A DNA stretch of 63,792 nucleotides, filler included, from Octopus bimaculoides (lineage: Eukaryota), in assembly GCF_001194135.2 (NCBI RefSeq). It is 6 parts of 6 records of this genome, joined end to end, with 100 filler letters (N's around TTAATTAATTAA, not from the genome) between each part and the next. Parts side by side here need not be neighbours in the genome. Positions count along the whole stretch, not along the records: positions 24,918 to 35,364 come from NC_069005.1; positions 35,465 to 52,701 come from NC_068985.1; 4 more parts are not named here. One strand, written 5' to 3'. The position numbers and the translations under genes are program-made. Of this stretch, positions 26,014-38,939 are shown piece by piece. The notes beneath the pieces were generated by a model, which saw only the letters and a program-made list of their open reading frames with translations, did no database searches and was not told the origin of the DNA. How positions within the stretch are numbered: position 1 is the stretch's first letter; every line of letters begins with the position of its first letter.

Positions 26014-26847
26014 CATTATTATTGTTATTATTATTATTATTATTATCATGACAAGCTGGCTGAATACCAGACAAAATGCTTAGTGAAATCTCTTCTCACT
26101 CATTAGGTTCTAAGTTCAAATCCCACCAATGCCAACTTTATCTCTCATCAGTGAATACTAAGACCAATGTAATCAACTAATCCACTGCCTTCAAAATTGC
26201 TGCCCCTGGGTCAAAATTCGAAAATGTTGTTGTTTTCTTCTCCCTCTTCTTCTTTGTCCTCTTCTTCATCCTCTTTGTTGCCCTTTTCATCTTTGTCCTA
26301 TCTTTCCTCTTCATCCTCTTCTTTGTCCTTCTTCATCATCATGTTTGCCTTTTTTTTCTTCTGTCCATTCTTCTTATCCTTCTTCCTTGTCTTTTTCTTC
26401 TGTGTGGTGGACAGAGGACAAAACATTATACAGCCTGCCTTCAAGCCACAACAGTAACGAATCTAAACTTAAGACTTTATGGTCATTTATCAGTTAATTA
26501 CTCCTAATATCGTTGCCATTGTCTACCAAATTGTTTATAAAATTTAAGACCTGATATAATTAAAATGTTTTATTCCTGTATGCATGTATGTGTGTCTGTG
26601 TGTGTGTGTGTGTGTCTATCCATACAAACCTCTATATATACTCATGTCATGCCACAATAGACAGTTGGCATCTGGACAGCTCCCTGCTAACCAGCTGCTG
26701 TCAAACCATCCAACCCATGCCAGCATGGAAAGCAGACGTTAAACGATGATGATATATGTGTATGTTTACATGTCTGTCTGTCTATCTGTGTGCGCATGTG
26801 TTTGCTAGCAGTTCACTGGCACATTTCATCTTGCTCTATCTAAATAA

Positions 26848-27429
<582 letters not shown>

Positions 27430-27465
27430 AGGAAATCTCACGTTAGATAGAACAGTGCTGATAGT

Positions 27466-27955
27466 ACATCTCCTTGTCTCCTCCCTCTTCGATCTTAATC
27501 TGTCCATCATCGTCTCTTAAATTTAGCAAAGATTGGCACCAGCTTTGTCACATTTCCTGATGCTGTGAATCTACATGACTTCTGGTGAACTGAACAGGAA
27601 AAGATAGAGATAAAAAACAAACCAAAAAAACACTGCAGACAGACAGACATTACATCTTGTCTGTTCCCTCTTCAATCCTAACCTTGTCTCTATCATCATT
27701 TTTCTAAATTTTGCATGATTACCACCAGCTTTGTTGTCTTTCTGAATGCTGTGAATTTAAAATGGTTGCTGGTGATCTGAAAACGCAAAAAAAGGAAAAA
27801 ACAAACAAAAAAAATACAGATTTGCTAAAACACAGCAGATAAAACATCTCCTTGTCTGCTCCATCTTCAGTCATAATCTTGTCTTCTATCAGTTCTTAAA
27901 TTTTGCAAGATTACCACCAGTTTTGATGTCTTCCTGATGGGGTGAACTGAAGTAA
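27466..27955 (+). repeat. Three diverged tandem units of about 190 bp just 3' of the LIX1L stop
   Basis: Units start at about 27466, 27652 and 27844 and share acatct..ttgtct..ctcttc..aaattt.gca.gatt.(c)caccag.tttg...ctga.gctgtgaa..ggtga.ctgaa. Confidence 0.85.
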
Positions 27956-28524
27956 AATTAATGTTACAATGGCTACATTTAAAATGCTTTGAACACCAAA
28001 CAATTTTAACAAGTATTTCATATATTGTAGCCATCTCAAATTGAAGGGGGTTCAATCATTATATCACAGCTTTTAGTATTGATCCCCTTTCATTACACTT
28101 GTTACAATTTTAGACTTTTTGGTTGTTTTGGGGTTTGTCTTTTTTAATGAACAAAGGATTTTTTTACCTCATCACAACCATCTTTGAATCAGATGTTGCA
28201 ATTCTTTCATTGTTTTCTGCCTTCTCGTGCCAACTCTTGTTGTATTATGGATACGTTATTGTTCTTGTGTATGTGTGTGTGTGCATGTGTGTGTGTGTGT
28301 GTGTCAAAGAGTGAGAGAAAGAGAGACTGAATTGAGGAAAATCATTGTTACTCTTACCATACATTAAACACCTTATATCTGTGTGTGTGTGTAGTATATA
28401 TAAAATATATATATATATATATGCATATACCTGAATGAGTGGACAAATGGAAGAAAAGGGCACTCAATACTTTTAGTGGGTGTTACATGTATTATTTAAA
28501 ACCGTTTGAGTTCCAGTAACTTAG

Positions 28525-28620
28525 TTTCGCAAGCCTCTAACAGAAGCCTGTCTCTTTCAGGTTTTCGATTCGGTTATCTAAAACCTGGAAAAAGACAGCC
28601 TCTGTTAGAGGCCTGAGAAA
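28525..28620. other. Imperfect inverted repeat / hairpin (41-bp arms, 14-nt loop)
   Basis: tttcgcaagcctctaacagaagcctgtctctttcaggtttt pairs with aaaacctggaaaaagacagcctctgttagaggcctgagaaa; weaker pairing extends about 30 bp further out. Confidence 0.8.
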
Positions 28621-28657
28621 CTTTAAGTCGCATGGAACCGAATCGAACTTTTAAATA

Positions 28658-28698
<41 letters not shown>

Positions 28699-29528
28699 TA
28701 CACATATATAAACACATGCACTCACACATACATACAAATAAACACATATATATCATCAGCATCATCATGTTTATTTTATTTATTTTCATTTTTATCCTTA
28801 TTTATCAAGTATTTTGTACTGAATTACATCTTCTACTTAGCAGCTTTTTTTGTCATGCCAAAAATAACTGCCATCATAAAAGTAACTGAGCATTTGTTTT
28901 TCAAAGCTCCATAGATCACAGAAATATAACGTTTGAAATATTTTCTTTTCTTTTTTCTTTTTATTATTATTATTATTATAATTTTTACTGCCTGAATTTT
29001 TTTCCCCCAAGAGACTGCCTGCCTAGGTGGTGTTAGATCTTTGGACTAAATGTTTTTTTGTTTTTTTGTGTTCCATGTCCCCTCTTTTATTACCAGTAGC
29101 AATGTATTTGCGTTAGCGTTAACTTACGTCCATTATACCACACCACACCACTGTTGCCACTACCACCAAACATTGGCCTTGAATCTTTTACAAAGAAACT
29201 AAAAGCAAAGAATTTCAGAATCAGCTAAAATTAGTTGCAGCTGTCAGAAGCGGATTGAAATGTTGAATTACCTGCCCTTGGCCACAAATAAACTGTGGCA
29301 GGAGAATGTTGTGTGCTGTCGTCAATGGATGATGGGCCAACATGAACTCATAACCAATTGGTTGACATGTTGGTAGATTTTCTTTCTGAGCTAGAGTAAC
29401 TTGTTTCAAAATGTGTATTTGTGTAAATAGATTTATGCTAAGCTTGTGTCGATTTACTATAAATTGCTACAAACTGCAAACAGAATAAAACAGTAATGTA
29501 TACATACATACATACATATACACATACA

Positions 29529-29563
<35 letters not shown>

Positions 29564-29949
29564 NNNNNNNNNNNNNNNNNNNNNNNNNNNNNNNNNNNNN
29601 NNNNNNNNNNNNNNNNNNNNNNNNNNNNNNNNNNNNNNNNNNNNNNNNNNNNNNNNNNNNNNNNNNNNNNNNNNNNNNNNNNNNNNNNNNNNNNNNNNNN
29701 NNNNNNNNNNNNNNNNNNNNNNNNNNNNNNNNNNNNNNNNNNNNNNNNNNNNNNNNNNNNNNNNNNNNNNNNNNNNNNNNNNNNNNNNNNNNNNNNNNNN
29801 NNNNNNNNNNNNNNNNNNNNNNNNNNNNNNNNNNNNNNNNNNNNNNNNNNNNNNNNNNNNNNNNNNNNNNNNNNNNNNNNNNNNNNNNNNNNNNNNNNNN
29901 NNNNNNNNNNNNNNNNNNNNNNNNNNNNNNNNNNNNNNNNNNNNNNNNN

Positions 29950-29997
<48 letters not shown>

Positions 29998-30611
29998 CAT
30001 GTGGGTACATACATGAAACAAATCATACAAAACTGCACATGCACTAACTCCAAATACTGCACACATAAACACATACATGCAGAAATACCTTGTTGATATT
30101 GTTGAAATTCCAATGAAGGAGCCTTGGATCTAGGTTAGAAACCGGCTCTTTCTCTATTGGCAAGAAATCTTGAAATAAAACTGACTAATGACATACATAC
30201 ACACAATTACAGGAGGCGTAAGCACTTGATTTAACAGACTAAAAGAGGGGAAATGTGTCCATTAATGCCGAAAGTCTTTTAAATTGAAACTTATATAGGG
30301 TTTTTTTTAATTATTATTTTTAATATGAAAAACAAAAAAAGGATTTAATACAATATACTCTACTGCACAATATGAAATTTTTGAAATACAAATTGTGGTG
30401 ATGTAATTTTTATATCCCTATTTTGAAAATAATTTTACTGTAACTACAGTGGTTATACAGTACTGTATTTATTTTTGTTCAATCTGTTAATCTGAAATCA
30501 TTTAAATCAAGGCCAAGTGTTTACTGTATATATATACATACACACTATATATATATTAATGTGTGTGTGTGTGTGTGTATACATATGTATGTATGTATGT
30601 ATGTATATTCA

Positions 30612-30733
30612 TTATTCTTATACAAGAATGTTGTTGACAGTAACTTTGAAATTGTGACCAGCTAAGGCATTGTCTGATGATAGCTGGGCAAAACTTCGAA
30701 GTCACAATCAACAACATTCTTGTATAAGAATAA
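30612..30733. other. Hairpin element (about 53-bp arms, outer 26 bp perfect)
   Basis: TTATTCTTATACAAGAATGTTGTTGA / TCAACAACATTCTTGTATAAGAATAA, with an imperfect inner stem and a 16-nt loop. Confidence 0.85.
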
Positions 30734-30818
30734 TAAATTTGTACTCTACAAAAGTGTAGAGCAACCCATCAGATCACTGTAAAATTGTCTGTTATAACTT
30801 AACATAAAAACAAACATT

Positions 30819-30890
<72 letters not shown>

Positions 30891-30892
<2 letters not shown>

Positions 30893-30989
30893 CTGGTTTA
30901 AAAAGCCACATCAGACGCCATGAAAGGGCTAAGGTGTAGGTGCAGGAGGTGGTCAAACTCTGTGTAAGGAGTAGACAACCACCGTACCA

Positions 30990-30990
<1 letters not shown>
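30891..30990 (+). mobile_element. RTE/BovB-like LINE extreme 3' fragment
   Basis: SGLKSHIRRHERAKV* resembles the GL.SH.R.H terminal zinc-finger half of RTE elements. Confidence 0.4.
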
Positions 30991-31020
<30 letters not shown>

Positions 31021-31426
31021 AATGTATGTTTTTTTGTGTGTGTTTTGAATTGGTCATAGATAGGTGTGTGTATGTGTTTGTCAAATGGTTGTTTAAACCA
31101 TTTGGTTATTTATTATTTGCAATGTCATCTTCATGGTTTAATAGGAAATTGACAGAAACGGCCATTTTCTACACTAAACTACAAAGAAAGAGAATTTAAG
31201 AGATGTTGTTGCCAGGAATGTGGAAGTAATAATTACGCAAGCAAAACACCCTGAGGGGTTGGGTTTTTGTTGATGTGACAAGGAACAGCATCAAACCTAA
31301 CGCAACGTGCATATGTAATCTGATTCCATGCTAGCATGCTAAGAATATATTTGATATTCCATCTTAATATGTTTGACTTACATAGTGACATTATAATATG
31401 GTGTATATATATTGTATAGTCTAGAT

Positions 31427-31792
31427 CAGTGTTTCTCAACTTTATTATCCTTGCGTAACCCTTAAAATAAATTACATGTCTTAAGGAACCCCCTGCACAA
31501 AAAACATATATTATATACCATATCTTTCTCATATTTTTTTCATTGTAGTTCATGTGGTAAATATCACATATATATATGTGAGTGTGTGGGTGTTATATTT
31601 TTTGATAACATAATAGGTTAGATAGGATGATGTCTATATTACAATATTACAATGACCAATAATATTTTGTGCATGTATAGGGATATTAAGATCATGAAAT
31701 TAGCATTAGCTTACCTCACTCTTTCTCACAGAACCCCTAGGAACCTTTTGTGGAACTCTAGGGTTCCAGAGAACCCTGGTTGAGAAACACTG
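31427..31792. mobile_element. hAT (Charlie/Buster-type) MITE, 366 bp
   Basis: Perfect 14-bp TIR CAGTGTTTCTCAAC / GTTGAGAAACACTG and perfect 8-bp TSD GTCTAGAT (31419-31426 and 31793-31800), the NTCTAGAN consensus of Charlie-type hATs. Confidence 0.92.
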
Positions 31793-31916
31793 GTCTAGAT
31801 AGATATATAGATAGGTAGATAGAGCATCGTTATCGTTTAATGTCCATCTCCCAGGCTGGCATGCATTGGACCAGTTTTACCCCGTGTCAGCATGGAAAAT
31901 TGATGTTAAATGATTA

Positions 31917-31986
<70 letters not shown>

Positions 31987-32895
31987 AACACACACACAGG
32001 TGCGCACGCACAAACATTAGTTGTAGTTAACACAATTGGAACCGAGATCACCCTCAACACACAGACCCAAATTCTCAGATTTGTAAGTAATCTTTTTGTT
32101 TCACAGTTGAACAAGATGGTGGGAATATTTACTTTCCCTATTACAACCATGTCATAAAATACAAAAAAAAAAGAAAGAAAATCCATACTTTTATGGGAGA
32201 AATGAAAAAAAAAAAAAAGATTAAATAGTATTTCATATCTTGCCAAAAATTTGCCTTTTATTTAACTTTATTTATTATTTTTTTTTTTGTGTGTGTGTAT
32301 TTTGTTCGAAAATTACTCCTGAGTTCTATTGAATATTTTACACTTAATATTCTATCTTAATGTATCGAACTAACATAGCAACATTATAATACAATATGCA
32401 TACGCTATAACTTTTATATAAAGTTTAAAGCTCTTCACCTCAGATTTCTTGTTGCCAAAATTTCCTGCTTGTTGTTATGGTTTCTTTGCAGTTTTAAGGG
32501 CCAAAGTTGGAGTGAATGGGTGCCATAGGTGGTGTATGGATTGTGATTATTAAAATTGATAATGGCTAAAATGTGATGGGGGACCATTTCCTCGTTCTAA
32601 TTAAATGTGAATGAAAGAAGTTTTCTCTTTGATTCACATCAAGCTGCAGAGGTCAGGTGTCCAGTTGTTAGGTGATCAGTCCAGCGATTATTGATAGGTC
32701 TGTCCAGTTACTAAATAGATTGGGTTTTGTTGTAATATAATAGAAATCGCCAACATGTAACTATTATTATCAGTGAGTTAGAGAATGATAGTGGGGACAG
32801 AAACAGGGGTCTTGTAGAGGAGATACATGGCAGGCCTCAGTTGGGAAAGGAGAGGAGAAAGAGAGAGAGAAAAGATGGTGGAAAATGGTGGAAAA

Positions 32896-33127
32896 GGCGG
32901 TGAGCTGGCAGAAACGTCAGCACGCCAGGAGAAATGCTTCGCGGTATTTTGTCTGCCATTACGTTCTGAGTTCAAATTCCGCCAAGGTCGACTTTGCCTT
33001 TCATCCTTTCGGGGTCGATAAATTTAAGTACCAGTTACGCACTGAGGTTGATGTAATCGACTTAATCCGTTTGTCTGTCCTTGTTTGTCCCCTCTATGTT
33101 TAGCCCCTTGTGGGCAATAAAGAAATA
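32896..33127 (+). mobile_element. Young full-length SINE, tail type A, with 19-bp TSD
   Basis: Near-consensus copy. AGAAAAGATGGTGGAAAAT occurs at 32868-32886 and 33128-33146. Confidence 0.92.
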
Positions 33128-34340
33128 AGAAAAGATGGTGGAAAATATGAATTGGGGTGTGTCCATTCAATTAATATTCTTCAGTTTTTATTACCTTTAG
33201 TCTTTGGCAGGGCAACATCCATTCTGTTTAATGGTTGCTGCATAGGGGGCACTTCATCTGTTACGAGCAAGGGCACTAAATAACAGGGAACTAGAAACCC
33301 AGGCAAGAGTTCAGTGATTCATATCTTAGGACTGTAGTGTATCTGTGACAAGAACTCTTTTAACTTACTACGGCCCAGTTCATCGGGCTATAAGTAGCAG
33401 CAGGAGAGGTGCCATTTTAAGTTTGATGAGTGGTCTGTTAGCCAAATTCTTGTAAATACACTGAGCTTAGAGAGTAAACAACATCTTACCATTGATTGCT
33501 CCTACATATTTCCAATGATAACCTGTCACTCAATGATTTCAAGAATTCACCATTTATCATATATTCAACCATGTATTCATTCTGTGGCATCTTTGGTGAT
33601 AGTTCCAACTGTGTGTGTACTACCTTTTGCACTTCAGTGATAAAAACCACTGGAAACTACCACCTGTGTACGTGCTACCACTTTGGTGATACTACCAGCT
33701 GTTTGTGTCCTACCTTTTATACTCTGATATAATAACTATTGGATATACCTGCTTACGACAGTTTTCTATTATTTTAAATCAGAGTAATTGGTGTACAATG
33801 TTATTAAAAGTTATTCATGCTAAGAGCGTTAATTATCTTCTCTTTGTTATAGAGGACTCTCCTTCTCTGTCTCCCCCCCCCCTCTCTCACTTTTCTCCGC
33901 TCTCTTTGTCTCCTCTTCTCTCACCTTCTCTCTTGCACCCATCCTCTTGTGTAACAAACATATTTATAACCACACTCATATGACTTCACTACTTTGTTAA
34001 TAGACTGTTCTGCTGACATTTCCTTTTCAACAACACGGCTGATTTTTAAGTCATCTTGGATTTGCTTTCAATGAAAGCCGAGATTAAACACAATCTGGTA
34101 TTTCGCCAACACTCTTTCACTCTATCTGCAACTTCTTATCAATTCTGGTATTTTGTGGATATTAGAAAAGAAATTTTTTTTATTTTATTAAATACAACAC
34201 CAAAGATTAGATAGAGACAGTTGAAAAAAAAATGTCCATAGTTTGTGACAAGAGCTGGAAAGGGCCAAACCTCTTCGATGCCCACATTTGGCATAAGCTT
34301 ATGTTTCTCTATGATATTCATCTCCTTCCCTGCAGTTTCC

Positions 34341-34381
<41 letters not shown>

Positions 34382-34597
34382 ACATACACACATATATATA
34401 TATATATATATACTTGTGTATATAAAAGAGACCACTAAGTGGTCTGTTAATGTGCTAGAAAAGGATCACTTAAAAAATTCTCAAAGATCCTTTTAGGATC
34501 TCGGAAAAATTCTTCTGAACCTTCTGATTCTTTTAATGTGCTGGTTTCCTCGTATTAAATTGATATTAATTAACATCAAATTTTTACCCTATTATGT

Positions 34598-34659
<62 letters not shown>

Positions 34660-35256
34660 TATATATACACACATACAATAAATATACACACACACATGCA
34701 CAAATATATTATTCTTTTACAAGAATGTTGTTGACAGTGACTTCAAAGTTTCAGTCAGCTAAGCCATCTCGTACTCTACAAAAGTACAGAGCAAGCCATC
34801 AAGATGAACGTAAAATTGTTTTTTTTTTTTTTATATAACTGAACATAACAACAAACATTAATGTGTGTGTTTTTGTTGGAAGGGCTGTGAGTTAGCAAAG
34901 TAGGTAGAGCAACGGATTCTGTGCTTTGTGATGTTTAGTTATGTCCCTTCGCATTCAGAGTTCAAACCCCCATCGAGCTTGGCTTTGCCTTTCATTCTCC
35001 CAGCGTCGATGCGATACTAGTCAAGTACTGGTGGGTTGGAGGAGCGGGAGGAGGAATCAATGTGCCTCCACCCCACAACCCCTAGATTTGTGGAAGTGTG
35101 TCTATCTATGTTAGAAATAAATATATGACATTATATATACATATATATATATATATTTATATATAACGTTGACCACTAAAGTGGACATTTAATGTGCTAG
35201 AAATAGACCACATCTTGTGTCTACTTATATATATATAAATATATGACATTATATAT

Positions 35257-35342
35257 ATAGGTACTGTAAGTTTAGAGGGAATACTTGATAAGTGTAAGCA
35301 CCTGTATATGCCAGATAGTCCCTCTAAACTTACAGTACCTAT
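35257..35342. mobile_element. 86-bp mini inverted-repeat element inside a (TA)n tract
   Basis: Perfect 24-bp inverted repeat ATAGGTACTGTAAGTTTAGAGGGA / TCCCTCTAAACTTACAGTACCTAT with a 38-nt spacer. Confidence 0.6.
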
Positions 35343-35364
35343 GAAATATATATATATATATATA

Positions 35365-35464
35365 NNNNNNNNNNNNNNNNNNNNNNNNNNNNNNNNNNNN
35401 NNNNNNNNTTAATTAATTAANNNNNNNNNNNNNNNNNNNNNNNNNNNNNNNNNNNNNNNNNNNN
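35365..35464. other. Artificial scaffold spacer N44-TTAATTAATTAA-N44
   Basis: Same 100-nt structure. Confidence 0.97.
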
Positions 35465-36851
35465 TATATATATATATATATATGTATATATATACACACA
35501 AATATGCATATATGTATGTATATATTCCTGTGTATGTATTGTTGGTGGAACAAACAGGAGAAAAAGAACGCAATATAAAAGTATATATATTTTGATTGTG
35601 TGCGTGTGTGTGTGTGTCTATGTGTGTGCGTGCGTGCATGTGACCGTGTGTATAATGTGAAATAGTGCACAGCCTAATTCACTCAGGTTTAGTAAGTGCA
35701 AAAGAAAGGAATACAGCTTTTCAGAAACTAACTGAATATTATGTATACATGCAGGTACGTACTTGCGTACGTACGTAGGTATGTATGTATATATGCATGT
35801 ATGTGTTTCTGTATGTACGTATGTATGCATGCAAATACATATGTATGTATGAATGTACGCATGCATGCATGTAAATGCGTGCTGTGTGTCCATATACCTG
35901 TATGTTTGTATGTGTGCATGCTGGCATAAATTTATTTTATCTGTCATATTTTACTGCTGTCAGTCATTTGACGTTAGCCATAGTGATTTGCTAATTGGAT
36001 ATTCTAATTGAGAAATAATAACATACAAATTGAAATTCGAACCAGTGCATGGGGGAGACGGGAGTCTTTCAACATCAGTATTTCGTTGGCAGATTATTTT
36101 ATCAGCCGATCGAGGACATATGGCTGAATTGACTACGTTGGCATTTGAGGTGAATACATTTTGAACCAGATAAAGTGCCACAAAATAATTTATCTGACGC
36201 CCTAATGATTCCGCAAGCTCACCGAGCTAAACTATTGAAATAATTCTTTCTGTTATAGACAAAGACCTGAAATATTTTGGAATGAGTCTAGTCCACTACA
36301 TCAATCTTAGTACTCAACTTACTTATTTTATTAAACTTGTAGGAATGAAAGGCAAAGATGATCCCAGCTGAATATGATATCAGAACGTGAAACGTAAAGA
36401 TATGCCCCTAAGCAGTTTGAACAGCGTGCTAATAATTCTGCCAGCTCACCGTTTTTAACCATTGAAATAATGTAGATGATTTGTAACGCAGTCAGAAAGT
36501 AGCAATATCAGCGGGATGGAACACTTAACTGTACTGATTTCAGTCTTCGAATACTGCTGTATAAAATAGATATCATAAGAATTTTACATCAGAAAGTAAA
36601 ATCGCATAACTTAACACCTGAAAGCCTCCTGTCTGTTCCTCCATCAATGAAACCGATAATAATTGCTTCTAATTTAAGCAGGAGGTCAGCAGTTTTAACG
36701 GAAGGGAAATTATTGATGTCATCGATCTCTTACATACTGGTACTTTATTTTAAGTACTGATGAAAACCAATTTGACTACCGAGGGATTTTAACTGAGAAG
36801 GCAAGGAATCGGAACAAACGATACCAGAAATTTTCTGAAACGATCGAACAA

Positions 36852-38400
36852 TATTTATTCCTTTATAGACCACAGGGGACTAAACATAGGGGGGGGGGAA
36901 ACAAGGACGGACAAAGAGTGTAAGTCGATTACATCGACTCCAATGCTTAACTGGTAATTACTTAATCGACCCCGAAAGGATGAAAGGCAAAGTCGACCTC
37001 GGCGGAGTTTGAACTCAGAACGTAACGACAGACGAAATACCGCTAAGCATTTCGCCCGGCGTGCTAACGTTTCTGCCAGCCCATCGCCCTACAATCGAAC
37101 GATATTCTGTTATACTCTAGGCACAATGCCAGAACTTTTTTTTTGTNNNNNNNNNNNNNNNNNNNNNNNNNNNNNNNNNNNNNNNNNNNNNNNNNNNNNN
37201 NNNNNNNNNNNNNNNNNNNNNNNNNNNNNNNNNNNNNNNNNNNNNNNNNNNNNNNNNNNNNNNNNNNNNNNNNNNNNNNNNNNNNNNNNNNNNNNNNNNN
37301 NNNNNNNNNNNNNNNNNNNNNNNNNNNNNNNNNNNNNNNNNNNNNNNNNNNNNNNNNNNNNNNNNNNNNNNNNNNNNNNNNNNNNNNNNNNNNNNNNNNN
37401 NNNNNNNNNNNNNNNNNNNNNNNNNNNNNNNNNNNNNNNNNNNNNNNNNNNNNNNNNNNNNNNNNNNNNNNNNNNNNNNNNNNNNNNNNNNNNNNNNNNN
37501 NNNNNNTTCGTCTGCCGTTACGTTCTGAACTCAAATTCCATCGAGGTCGACTTTGCCTTTCATCATTTCGGGGTCGAAAAATTAAGTACCAGTTGCGTAC
37601 TGGAGTCTAAAATTTCGGCCCTTGTGCCTAGAGTAGAAAGGAAACGTTAGCACGCCGGGCAAAATGCTTAGCGGTATTTCGTACTGGGGTCGATCTAATC
37701 GACTGTCCACTTCCCTCAAAATGTCAGGCCTTGTGCTTAGAGTAGAATAGAGATATAAGACAGCAAGCGGCAAGCTGGCAGAATCGTTAGGACACCGGAC
37801 AAAATGCTTAGTGGCCTTTCGTCTGTCTTTACGTTCTGAGTTCAAATTCCGTCCTGGGCGACTTTGACTTCCATCCGTTCAGGGTCGATAAAATAAGTAG
37901 CAGCTGAACACTGGCGGCAATATAATCGAATTAAACCCTACTTCCAAACTGTTGGCCTTGTGCCAAAATTTGATACCAATATTTTAATTAAGACCCTACG
38001 GCTACGAGCCGGCAGCAGCGTTAGCACGCCGGATAAAATGCTTAGAGGCATTTCGTTTTTATGTTCTCATTTCAAATTCCGCTGATGTAGAGTATACCTC
38101 TCATCATTTTAGGATTCAATAACTTAAACAGCTGGTGAGTATTGCGTCGATGTAATCGTCTTACCCCGCTCCACTAAATTGCTGGCCTTGTGCCAACATT
38201 TCAAAGCTGGCAGAATCGTTAGCACACCGGACGAAATGCTTAGCAGCATTTCTTCCGCTTCTTTACGTTCTGAGTTCAAATTCCACCCGGGTCGATTTTG
38301 CCTTTCATCCTTTCGGGATCAATGAAATAAATATCAGGGAGGCCCTGGGTTCATTTAATCAATAGACCCCTTCCAAAAATTGCTGGCCTTTAGCCAGAAT
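36852..38400. mobile_element. Dense SINE pile-up: one full - strand type-A copy (36852-37088) and at least five partial + strand copies (37507-38400)
   Basis: Repeated gttagcacgccgg..aaaatgcttag..gagttcaaattcc..ggccttgtgcc modules. Confidence 0.85.
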
Positions 38401-38599
38401 TCGAAATCAATCCTTTTTCTTTGAGCTTATAAGTCTAGGAGTCGCGGTCGTTAGAAAATGTGTCTTTATATATACCCAGGCCTATTTCCCAATTTCTTTA
38501 AGAGGGGTTTCCACAACATGGCACACACCAGGCATCCCATTCATTTCCCAGCTCAAAAAGGCGAGCCACGGTCAATGCTCGGGTCAAGGCATAAGATGC

Positions 38600-38790
38600 A
38601 ACCCCAATATCAGCAGCGGTCTGGGTGGATGGATGGAGTGAGGAAAGCTTTGGTGGTCAGAGGTGTTGGAGTGAGAGACGCAAGAGAATTTATAAATGAT
38701 AGGAAAGCTTGGAGAGTGTCTGGGGATGGACGAGTGAATTTGATGTTGCTCAAAGGGATACGGAACCAGCATGATGCGGCGGGGGTAAAC
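38600..38790 (+). mobile_element. RTE-clade LINE 3' fragment
   Basis: WMDGVRKALVVRGVGVRDAREFINDRKAWR matches the RTE C-terminal W.D.V.......A....DR..WR pattern. Confidence 0.6.
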
Positions 38791-38939
38791 GTTAGAGAAT
38801 ATCTACGATAAATAACAGACTTGAAAATGGCAAAGAATCATGGAATAAAAGTGTGATGGTCATGTTTAGAATGAATTAGATACAGAGGTTTTAACAATGA
38901 TGGCTAATTGGGTGTGGTGCGGGTAAGTTAATTGATGCT

